Assembly: GCA_021161345.1 (NCBI GenBank)
Contig: JAGHAU010000011.1
Span: forward strand, 1-40,692
DNA: 40,692 bases
Source of the DNA: Anaerolineales bacterium
GTDB lineage: Bacteria > Chloroflexota > Anaerolineae > Anaerolineales > UBA11858
Reading direction: 5' to 3'
The notes under the pieces were generated by a model. That model did no database searches and was not told the DNA's origin. It was given only the letters and a program-made list of their open reading frames with translations. Both the position numbers and the translations under genes were made by a program. Below, in pieces: positions 1 to 7,349 of the stretch; position 1 is the stretch's first letter; each line of letters begins with the position of its first letter.

Positions 1-526
1 GGGCATAAGCTCCGGCCACACCGCCGATGGCTGCAATCCGGTCGGAGAATTCGCAGGCTAAAAGATCTGACATCCCGCCTCCGTTGGACATACCATTGGC
101 GTAAATGCGGGCGGGATCGATATTGTAAGTACGGTTGAGTTCTTCGATCAGGTCAGAGAAGAACTGCAGTTCCCTTTGCATCGCGCCGGGATCATCTTCC
201 GTTGGTCTGGTGCTCCAGCGCAGCGGAAATCCTGTCCCCTTAGGATATACAACGATGAATCCGTATTCGTCGGCCAGTTTGTTCCAGCCGGTCATGGATT
301 GCTGGTGGGCCGGCCACTGCACAAAGCCGTGGATGCTGATCACCAGGGGTGTGGGTTGTTCGGGGTTATAGGATTCAGGGACATAGACCAGGTATTTCCG
401 GGTCTGCCCGCTTGAGATGATCTGACCATTGGTTCCGAATTGGGTAGACAATCCAATGATGCTGATCAAGATCAGGATTATTACAAGTATCCAAACTCTC
501 TTTTTCTTTGAATTTTTCTCAGCCAT
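1..526 (-). CDS. PHB-depolymerase/LpqC-family secreted esterase (3' end runs off the window)
   Basis: Not in the ORF track. Manual translation from ATG 526: MAEKNSKKKRVWILVIILILISIIG...RKYLVYVPESY...PLVISIHG...GFIVVYPKG...IDPARIYANGMSNGGGM. Has the GxSxGG nucleophile elbow, an N-terminal anchor and SD-like AAGGTGAG. Confidence 0.8.
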   Translation of the reverse strand, partial: MAEKNSKKKRVWILVIILILISIIGLSTQFGTNGQIISSGQTRKYLVYVPESYNPEQPTPLVISIHGFVQWPAHQQSMTGWNKLADEYGFIVVYPKGTGFPLRWSTRPTEDDPGAMQRELQFFSDLIEELNRTYNIDPARIYANGMSNGGGMSDLLACEFSDRIAAIGGVAGAYA

Positions 527-598
527 AACTCACCTTGTGGAAATAATATTGTACCGGTATGGGACTCGAAATGATATAACTGATCTCTGAATTTACTC

Positions 599-1501
599 TT
601 ATAAAATCAAATCTGATGAATTATCTGGGCAGCACTCGCTGGGATATTCGATCTCGATTGTTACATGAGCGATATGTGGTGTGCTTATCAATTTTTCTTT
701 ACACTCTCGCTTGATCCTGAGAATATCTTCTTTGGTTGCATCTTCAGCGATGACCAGGTGAGTAGAAAGAACATGCCGCTCGCCATCCAGAGACCAGATC
801 CTTGTATCGTGGGCAGATGACACGTTGGCGCAGTTGCAGAGTTCCCCTTTGATTAGATCTACATCAATATTCTTAGGCGTTCTCTGCAAAAATAACCCCA
901 GGGTTTCCGTTAAGTTTTTGAGAACGTTATACAGAACATAAATGGATAAAATAATAGCCAGAACAGGGTCGATAAATGGCAGGTCAAATAGGAGCATCAG
1001 GATGCCACCGATTAATACTGCAATCCAACCTATAACATCCTCCATCAAGTGCCAACCAACAATTTTGGCGTTTTGAGATTCTTCGTTTCTCAAGCGAAGA
1101 ACGGCTACCCCATTCACCACAATACCGAGCAGCGCAAAACCGATCATGCCCACAGGATGGGTTGATTCGGGCTCCAGCAAGCGCTTTATGGCTTCGCTAA
1201 GGATGATGTAGGAACCCAATACCAACACGATGGCATTGATCAGCGCGCTTAAAAGCGAGAATCGTCCGTACCCATAGGGATATTTTTCATCCGATTCACG
1301 GTTGGAGAAATTTTCAAAGAACCAGGCCAGGCCAAGGGAGATGCTGTCCCCCAGGTCATGCAGGGCATCCGACAGGATGGCAACACTGTTGAAAGCTAAC
1401 CCGCCTATTAATTCCAGGATCGCAAATCCCAGGTTCAGGGCAAAGGCAACTTTGATATTCTCAGTCGTTGTGTGATGGTGATGATGGAGGTGTTTTTCCA
1501 T
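599..1501 (-). CDS. Cation diffusion facilitator (CzcD/ZitB-like Zn/Co/Cd exporter)
   Basis: His-rich N-terminus, SVAILSDALHDLGD, YGYGRFSLLSALIN, HLMED in TM5, and C-terminal HDTRIWSL...HVTIEIE. Confidence 0.93.
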   Translation of the reverse strand: MEKHLHHHHHTTTENIKVAFALNLGFAILELIGGLAFNSVAILSDALHDLGDSISLGLAWFFENFSNRESDEKYPYGYGRFSLLSALINAIVLVLGSYIILSEAIKRLLEPESTHPVGMIGFALLGIVVNGVAVLRLRNEESQNAKIVGWHLMEDVIGWIAVLIGGILMLLFDLPFIDPVLAIILSIYVLYNVLKNLTETLGLFLQRTPKNIDVDLIKGELCNCANVSSAHDTRIWSLDGERHVLSTHLVIAEDATKEDILRIKRECKEKLISTPHIAHVTIEIEYPSECCPDNSSDLIL

Positions 1502-1532
1502 AGGGTCCTATTTTGTTGTATTGAGAGGAAAT

Positions 1533-1889
1533 TTATATATGCCGGGCATGTTCCAGGCTTTGATTGAAAATATCGAGAATATGCTGATCGGCCAAGGTGT
1601 AAAAGACATGACGACCGGCTTTTCTGACAGCAACGATCTTTAGATTGCGGAGAATCCTTAGATGATGTGATACGGCAGGCTGGGTCATCTCCAGCACCAA
1701 GCATAAATCACCAACACACATTTCGCTTTCTGCCAGTAACCCAATCACTCGAAGGCGCGTAGGGTCTGAGAACGCGGACAAGGTTTCCGCGATCAGTGTT
1801 GCGTTTTCAACCGATAATAACGAATCCTTGACAGCCGCTATTAATCTTTCAGAGTCGTGCGGATCTGTACAGTAGGTTGGTTTATCCAT
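1533..1889 (-). CDS. ArsR/SmtB-family metal-sensing repressor
   Basis: FSDPTRLRVI, EMCVGDL, QPAVSHHLRILR; alpha5 site D-x-H-x10-H-x2-H (DQHILDIFNQSLEHARH); directly upstream of the CDF gene. Confidence 0.93.
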   Translation of the reverse strand: MDKPTYCTDPHDSERLIAAVKDSLLSVENATLIAETLSAFSDPTRLRVIGLLAESEMCVGDLCLVLEMTQPAVSHHLRILRNLKIVAVRKAGRHVFYTLADQHILDIFNQSLEHARHI

Positions 1890-1900
1890 TCCAAACTCCT

Positions 1901-1949
1901 AACATATAAATACATGCTTATATATTATTACGTTTTAGAATGCTGTCAA
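1901..1949 (-). promoter_or_regulatory. Sigma70 promoter with overlapping SmtB/CzrA-type 12-2-12 operator
   Basis: Minus strand TTGACA (1949-1944), 16 bp, TAATAT. Imperfect inverted repeat AACATATAAATA-CA-TGCTTATATATT at 1901-1926 lies between the -10 and the SD (AGGAG). Confidence 0.75.
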
Positions 1950-2114
1950 GGGAAGGTAGGTTTAAGTCTGAGGGGCAAGGAGATCTGCTGCCATCATAAT
2001 GGATTGCTTCCTGGGCAGATTAAGCTGGTCTAATGCCTTGCCAATTTATTGTGCCTAACCTCTATACCATTGGCTGAAGTGGAAATAATCCCCCGATTTA
2101 TTCAAAATTAACAA

Positions 2115-2145
2115 TAAAACCGCCTTCAATTTGAAGGCGGTTTTA
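2115..2145. terminator. Bidirectional intrinsic terminator
   Basis: Perfect 15-bp inverted repeat TAAAACCGCCTTCAA-T-TTGAAGGCGGTTTTA. Confidence 0.8.
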
Positions 2146-2202
2146 AATGTGATGCAATTTGATTATGTTATCAAGGCGAGAAGTCCCTGAGTATCCCCAA
2201 AT

Positions 2203-2331
2203 TCATAAAGAAGTTGGTGTTGTACTCGCGGAGCCTTTCTCTCTTTTCTGTTTACGCTTTTCCTTGATGGTCAGTTTGGCTTTTTTCTTAGTTTCTCGAC
2301 CGCCCTTATCTCTTTTCCCTTTATCGCCCAT
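2203..2331 (-). CDS. Small Lys/Arg-rich hypothetical protein (42 aa)
   Basis: MGDKGKRDKGGRETKKKAKLTIKEKRKQKREKGSASTTPTSL*; SD GGAAGGA; TGCTATGAT extended -10 at 2382-2374; terminator downstream. Below the ORF-track cutoff. Confidence 0.7.
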   Translation of the reverse strand: MGDKGKRDKGGRETKKKAKLTIKEKRKQKREKGSASTTPTSL

Positions 2332-2456
2332 ATCAATACATCCTTCCCAAGTAAATTAACCTGTCTACTATTAATCATAGCACGTAATTTGCCCATTCTG
2401 TTGAAAATAACCCATCTACAAACTCAATCGCCTTTGTGATTTCCTCTTTAATAAAT

Positions 2457-2511
2457 AAACCCACCCTTTGGGTGGATTTATGTGTGGGCGTTAGTGGACA
2501 GATCTCGAACC
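2457..2511 (-). repeat. Degenerate duplicate of the tRNA-Val 3' end plus its terminator (att-like site)
   Basis: GGGTGGATTTATG-TGTGGGCGTTAGTGGAC(AGATC)TCGAACC aligns with GGGTGGATTTTTGTTGTGGGCGGTATTGGAC-TCGAACC at 3990-4027; the CCACCC/GGGTGG hairpin is present in both. Confidence 0.75.
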
Positions 2512-2548
2512 GGTTCAATGACTATTGTTTTCTATCCCTGATCGTGTA

Positions 2549-3928
2549 TCAGGGAGTAAATACTGGATTCATTGCGTTCCATGTCCATCCGCCATCCTCG
2601 GTTTTCCAAAAACTGCTGCTTTCATCTGCGTTCCAGCGGTAGGTGCCATCCTCGGTCTTCACAATATGGCGGCTTTCATTTGGGCTCCTGACCAGCGCCC
2701 ATCCGGTGGATGGATCTCCAAAATCAAAGGCGATGATAGAATCAGCGAATTCCCGGTTGTTCCAATTCAGAATGGAGGGAATCCTTTCCCAGGTTAGGGC
2801 GCCGTCGTGAGAGGTGCAGAGGTCATTCCCGCAGACAAAAAAGAAGTCTTGTTCCGTGGCTGCTTGGAAGCGGTAGCCATGGCCCACATCAGCTACCTGC
2901 GAGCGGAAAGTCCAATTCAATCCTCCATCTTCTGTAGTGTAGAACACCATTAAAAAATCATCAAAAACAAAATCCTCGTTCAGTCTGACTGCCAAGATCC
3001 CATCTTTCTCGTTGAAAAAGATCGGGTCTTGCGGGTCGATCATGGCCGGTTTGTAGCTTCCGGACGGCAGAGGGACTGTGGAGATCGACCAATTCTGTCC
3101 CCGGTCCCAGCTGATCCAGACTTTAAATTCCTCCCAGGGATCCCTCACCATGTTGCCTGGGATGTGGATCACCCGCTGATGATCGACGGTCAGAGAATCC
3201 CCGCAGTTGCACAACCAGATCCCTCCCCACTCTACCAGGGTCATGAATTCCGTGGGTGTGTCAAGCTCGATCAGATTCCATGTCTGTCCTCCATCATCTG
3301 TATCTCTGAACGACGTGTACACGCTACCCGCTGCAGCATCATATGGCACTGATTGAAAAACACCTTGGGAAGCATCGAAGAAGTATGTCAAGCCGCCATA
3401 AGGAAAATGAAAGTCTTGGTCCATTACGTCCCAGGAAATAGCGCCATCGAGTGTTCTGATCAATTGACAGGGTCCCTGGAAATCCAGACAATACTTAGCG
3501 AAGGCAGTTCGTTCATCCAGGATGGTAGTTTCCCAAACATAAAACTGTCCTTCCCACTCTGGAGAGACTTGCTGCCAGGTTGATCCACCGTCCCTGGACT
3601 GCCAGATGCGCCCTTCACCCCAAGCCCAGAGCTGTTGGGCATCAATAGCCTTGATCCCTGAGAACGGCACCTCGGGTACCGAGGTGGGCGATTGGGGTTC
3701 CTCAGAAGGTGTGATTTGAAACTGGGTCGGAGTGGATCCCACATCACTCGGCAGAATGGTGGCAGTAGGTAGGGAGGGACCAAGAGATTGAGTTGGTTCT
3801 GGTGTCCAGGTAGGTGGCAGTCGGACAGGTTCTGCCCTTTCAGTCGCTGTTGACAATCCAGCCTGGGCAGGAAAACATCCCGCAAGCAAAGGCACCATCA
3901 CAACAAGGCTGAATAGTTTCAAGCACAT
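2549..3928 (-). CDS. BNR/Asp-box repeat beta-propeller lipoprotein
   Basis: Lipobox LLAGC, Pro/Thr linker (PPTWTPEPT), eight S/T-x-D-G-x-x-x-W-like boxes (e.g. SRDGGSTW, TDDGGQTW, TEDGGLNW, TEDGGWTW). Confidence 0.85.
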   Translation of the reverse strand: MCLKLFSLVVMVPLLAGCFPAQAGLSTATERAEPVRLPPTWTPEPTQSLGPSLPTATILPSDVGSTPTQFQITPSEEPQSPTSVPEVPFSGIKAIDAQQLWAWGEGRIWQSRDGGSTWQQVSPEWEGQFYVWETTILDERTAFAKYCLDFQGPCQLIRTLDGAISWDVMDQDFHFPYGGLTYFFDASQGVFQSVPYDAAAGSVYTSFRDTDDGGQTWNLIELDTPTEFMTLVEWGGIWLCNCGDSLTVDHQRVIHIPGNMVRDPWEEFKVWISWDRGQNWSISTVPLPSGSYKPAMIDPQDPIFFNEKDGILAVRLNEDFVFDDFLMVFYTTEDGGLNWTFRSQVADVGHGYRFQAATEQDFFFVCGNDLCTSHDGALTWERIPSILNWNNREFADSIIAFDFGDPSTGWALVRSPNESRHIVKTEDGTYRWNADESSSFWKTEDGGWTWNAMNPVFTP

Positions 3929-3973
3929 GGGACACTATCTTCCTTGTACCAATTTAAGGCTTAGTATAACAAG

Positions 3974-4000
3974 AAAATCCACCCCGACCGGGTGGATTTT
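3974..4000 (-). terminator. tRNA-Val terminator
   Basis: AAAATCCACCC-CGACC-GGGTGGATTTT directly 3' of the tRNA. Confidence 0.8.
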
Positions 4001-4005
4001 TGTTG

Positions 4006-4079
4006 TGGGCGGTATTGGACTCGAACCAACGACCTTTGCGATGTCAACGCAACGCTCTAACCAGCTGAGCTAACCGCCC
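4006..4079 (-). tRNA. tRNA-Val(GAC), CCA not encoded
   Basis: GGGCGGTTAGCTCAGCTGGTTAGAGCGTTGCGTTGACATCGCAAAGGTCGTTGGTTCGAGTCCAATACCGCCCA: full cloverleaf, GAC anticodon, TTCGA T-loop. Confidence 0.97.
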
Positions 4080-4124
4080 ATCGAGAAAACATTATACAAC
4101 TTCGACCTTGATTAGGCAATACTT

Positions 4125-4892
4125 TTATACTTTTAGAACCTTATCCATAAACCCCCGGACGGTCTTTGCAACCCCGTCCGGCTGCTCCAGCGGCAGCATA
4201 TGCCCCGCACCCTGGATCACATCCAATTCTGCATTTTGGATCCCTTCAGCCAGCTCCTCGGAAAAACGGATCGGGGTCATTTTGTCTTCATCTCCTACCA
4301 GGATTTTCGTAGGCACTGCAACCTGATCCAATCTTTCGCTCAGATCAAACCGGTCACAAGCCCGGAAGTCTCCCGCCACAACGGATGGCCGCAGTTTTAA
4401 CATATGTTTCTTGACATTTTCAACCAGGGCAGGTTCGATCCTGGGGCTGAATGACCAGCGCATGATGTTGTCCACAGCAGTCGGGAAGCCGACCTGGGTA
4501 GCCAGTTCCTCGATCAGGGACAGGTTAACCGGAAGGGTCGCGCCGGAACTCATTAATATCAGGCCGTGCAGCAGCTCAGGATGGTTGATGGCCAGCCAGA
4601 GGGCGATCGCCCCGCCCATACTATGACCGGCCAGGATCACCTTGGGAAGCCTTAACTCCCGGATCCATTCCAGGACAGTTTCACCGTAAGCAGGAATGCG
4701 CTGTAAACCATGTCCTCTGGATTTTCCATGTCCGGGCAGGTCCGGCGTATAGACCCGATAGCCGCTTAAACGCCGCAGCTGGGTGGGCCAGGAAAGATGG
4801 TCTCCTCCAGCGCCGTGGATCAGGATCAAGGTCTTCCGGTTCGGGTCATCGGCCTGATAGGCCTGATAATACAAGTCAGCAAGATATGGCAT
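4125..4892 (-). CDS. Alpha/beta hydrolase (start moved to ATG 4892, MPYLADLYY)
   Basis: LILIHGAGG, DLPGHGKS, GHSMGG nucleophile, GDEDKMTP, GAGHML. The track's N-terminal extension runs through non-coding repeats. Confidence 0.9.
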   Translation of the reverse strand: MPYLADLYYQAYQADDPNRKTLILIHGAGGDHLSWPTQLRRLSGYRVYTPDLPGHGKSRGHGLQRIPAYGETVLEWIRELRLPKVILAGHSMGGAIALWLAINHPELLHGLILMSSGATLPVNLSLIEELATQVGFPTAVDNIMRWSFSPRIEPALVENVKKHMLKLRPSVVAGDFRACDRFDLSERLDQVAVPTKILVGDEDKMTPIRFSEELAEGIQNAELDVIQGAGHMLPLEQPDGVAKTVRGFMDKVLKV

Positions 4893-4899
4893 GGAGAAT

Positions 4900-4928
4900 A
4901 TTATATACAGAAAACCCCTTTTGTTCAA
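4900..4928 (-). promoter_or_regulatory. Sigma70 promoter, probably producing a leaderless mRNA
   Basis: TTGAAC-17 bp-TATAAT, then 7 nt to the ATG; no SD. Confidence 0.7.
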
Positions 4929-4931
4929 AGA

Positions 4932-4987
4932 GGGACCGGGAAAAAGAGACCGGGATGAAAAGACCGGGGTGATGAGACTGGGATGAG
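4932..4987. repeat. 4 x 14-bp tandem repeat (consensus GAGACCGGGATGAA)
   Basis: GGGACCGGGAAAAA / GAGACCGGGATGAA / AAGACCGGGGTGAT / GAGACTGGGATGAG. Confidence 0.75.
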
Positions 4988-5144
4988 GGAGTGTAAGTCG
5001 TGAATCGTAAACGGAAAGGGAGTAAGGGATTATTGGATTGAATAGTATTCGGCGGGAGGTAATTAGACTATTCGGTCGATTGTGAAGCAATCCCACGGTC
5101 CTCGGTCGTGCGTGAAGTGCACATCGGTCGCGCTGAAGGCGCTT

Positions 5145-6494
5145 TTAGATCAACCGCAAGCGGTCGGCGGCATCAGAGGTCAGCGGTATAACAACCTGGA
5201 TCTGGGTTCCTTCGCCAGGAATCGATTTGATGTGGAACACACCCTGGACCAGCTCGGCTCGCTCGCGCATATTCAACATGCCCAGGCTTCCCCGGTCATC
5301 ATAATTATCCATCACGTTATCTACCAGGAAACCTTTTCCATTATCCTCAATTTCCAGGAATGCCAGGTCGGACTGCAGCCGCTGCACCTTGACCCAGATC
5401 TTATCCGCTTTAGCATGCTTGCGAGCGTTGTTGACGGCCTCTTCTGAAATAGTGAAGATCACGGTTTGGGTGTTCATATCTAGTTCATCCACCAGCTGGG
5501 GATCACATTCAATGATCACATTTTGCTCAAAAGTATCCTTGGTTTTTTCGGCCATTGAGTTCAAGGCGGGGATCAATCCTTCGGATTCCAGCACCAGTGG
5601 ACGCAGGGTGAAGAGCATATGGCGCAGCTGCTTGGAAGTCCGGCGGGCTAGCTCCTCTGTTTGATAGAGAGCTTCTCCGGCGGCTTCGACGTCACGGTTC
5701 AGCAGGTGTCGAGCCCGGCTGATCTGCATCGGGATAGCAGCCACGGTCTGGGTTGGTCCATCATGCAGGGCTCTGGCCAGGCGGTTCTGGGCTTCGGACT
5801 GGATCTTGATGATCTGGTCACGCTCAGACTTGAGTTCCTGGAAGAGGTGGGCGTTCTGCATTGCAATCTGAGCCTGGTGGCCAACGGTGCTGATCGTTTC
5901 CTGGGCTTCTTCTGTGAAATAGCCTTTATCAGGATGACCAAATAACATCACACCGAAAGTATCCAATCCTGCCCTGAGCGGGATACCAAAACCGCTTTGG
6001 CAAGCCCGGAAGGAAATAAAGGTTTTAAGCTCGGGATCGGCAGCCAGATCATCTGTCATTTGAGGGTCACCAGTTTCTATGATCCTTTCTAACAACCCTG
6101 CAATACCCGGCACACGGGTAGTCATATCCGGCCGGGGTAAACCACGTCCGTAAGCGACTTCCAGATCCGGAACGGAAACATCATCTGACGTGAATAGAAG
6201 TACGGCGCTGATCAATCGATCAGTGTCCATATTCGAAACGCGCAGTGCAAGGAAAGAGACATCAAGACTCTTTTCTAAAACGCGGGAATAGTTCAGGGTC
6301 ACGGTCAGGTCTGTGATCAATGCGAATAAGCGGCGGATGCGTTCATCACTTTTTTTGTTCTTTTTGGGTTTGAGAGCTGGTTCCTGGTCTGGTTTGGGTT
6401 TGGGTAACAGGAAATAGGCCGCGCTTGCTCCTAATAGCAGGGCGATTACCGCGGTCAATCCCAGGATGATCCAAAATTCTTGTACTGATACCAT
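5145..6494 (-). CDS. GAF-domain sensor histidine kinase, HisKA_3 (NarX/DegS) class
   Basis: One N-terminal TM, GAF region, H-box ARALHDGPTQ, N-box EAVNNARKHA, IEDNGKGF, SLGMLNMRERAE, SIPGEGT. Alternative GTG start at 6512. Confidence 0.9.
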   Translation of the reverse strand: MVSVQEFWIILGLTAVIALLLGASAAYFLLPKPKPDQEPALKPKKNKKSDERIRRLFALITDLTVTLNYSRVLEKSLDVSFLALRVSNMDTDRLISAVLLFTSDDVSVPDLEVAYGRGLPRPDMTTRVPGIAGLLERIIETGDPQMTDDLAADPELKTFISFRACQSGFGIPLRAGLDTFGVMLFGHPDKGYFTEEAQETISTVGHQAQIAMQNAHLFQELKSERDQIIKIQSEAQNRLARALHDGPTQTVAAIPMQISRARHLLNRDVEAAGEALYQTEELARRTSKQLRHMLFTLRPLVLESEGLIPALNSMAEKTKDTFEQNVIIECDPQLVDELDMNTQTVIFTISEEAVNNARKHAKADKIWVKVQRLQSDLAFLEIEDNGKGFLVDNVMDNYDDRGSLGMLNMRERAELVQGVFHIKSIPGEGTQIQVVIPLTSDAADRLRLI

Positions 6495-6597
6495 ATTCAG
6501 CTCAGGAGCCACTCAGGTTAATCCAATATATAATAACCCAAAATGGATAACTTATCATGATGACAAACTATCCTCTTAATGGAGGATAAAAAATGCT

Positions 6598-7227
6598 CTA
6601 CTTGCTTACCATATCCTCTACAAACAGGCTTTCGAGAATTGGGATCAACTTCTTCACAGCCAGGGCCCGGTGGCTTAATTCGTTTTTCTGGTCCGTAGTC
6701 AGTTCGGCCATTGTCAATCCCGATCCTTCCAGACGGAAGATCCTGTCATAACCAAAGCCGCCATGACCGCGCCCTTCCGGGATGATATCCCCTGGACAGG
6801 ATCCACTGGTGACAATTGGGGATCCTTCCGGACCCACCAGTGCCACTACACACTGAAAAGACGCTTTCCAGGGATGGGAAGTTCCCTCCAGGTTTTTGAT
6901 CAGATAAAGCCGCCGGTCCTTGTCCGTGGCATTGGGTTCTGGGGCATAACGGGCGGACAATAAGCCGGGTGCGCCGCCGAGGGCATCCACTTCCAAACCG
7001 GTATCATCCGCCAGGGTCCAGATCTTGGCAGCATCAGCAAAGATGGCTGCCTTTAACACCGCGTTCTCCATGTAGGTCAGTCCCCGTTCCTGGACTTGAA
7101 TGTCCAGATCGAGGTCTTTTGGGGAAAGCAGTTCAATATTAAGCCCACTTAAAAGCGACTGCAACTCTGCCAGCTTCCCTTGATTGTTGGTCGCCAGTAA
7201 TAATTTGATCATAATTTTTTTTTCCAT
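6598..7227 (-). CDS. rdgB: Non-canonical purine NTP pyrophosphatase (RdgB/HAM1)
   Basis: ATNNQGKLAE, ENAVLKA, ADDTGLEVDALGGAPGLLSARY, GFGYDRIF, KNELSHRALA. Confidence 0.95.
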   Translation of the reverse strand: MEKKIMIKLLLATNNQGKLAELQSLLSGLNIELLSPKDLDLDIQVQERGLTYMENAVLKAAIFADAAKIWTLADDTGLEVDALGGAPGLLSARYAPEPNATDKDRRLYLIKNLEGTSHPWKASFQCVVALVGPEGSPIVTSGSCPGDIIPEGRGHGGFGYDRIFRLEGSGLTMAELTTDQKNELSHRALAVKKLIPILESLFVEDMVSK

Positions 7228-7349
7228 CCTAATTACCCTAATTTTAGTTGATTTAAAAATCTGGTGCTTAATAAAAACGTTAGGTTAAAAGGGTGAAAGG
7301 AGCTGGCTTGGGGTAAAATGAAGCTATCAAACCTATCGACTGATATCTT

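Noticed and set aside
2159-2359. 66-aa plus-strand ORF from the track
   Set aside because: It is the antisense shadow of the Lys-rich minus-strand ORF, which has the promoter, SD and terminator.
2457-2511. Second intact tRNA gene
   Set aside because: Only the 3' part is present, with no D-arm or anticodon arm and a disrupted T-arm.
4932-4987. 14-bp repeats as CRISPR or iterons
   Set aside because: Too short, no unique spacers, and no replication initiator nearby.
4893-5096. N-terminal extension of the hydrolase
   Set aside because: It translates non-coding repeats, and a consensus promoter sits directly before ATG 4892.
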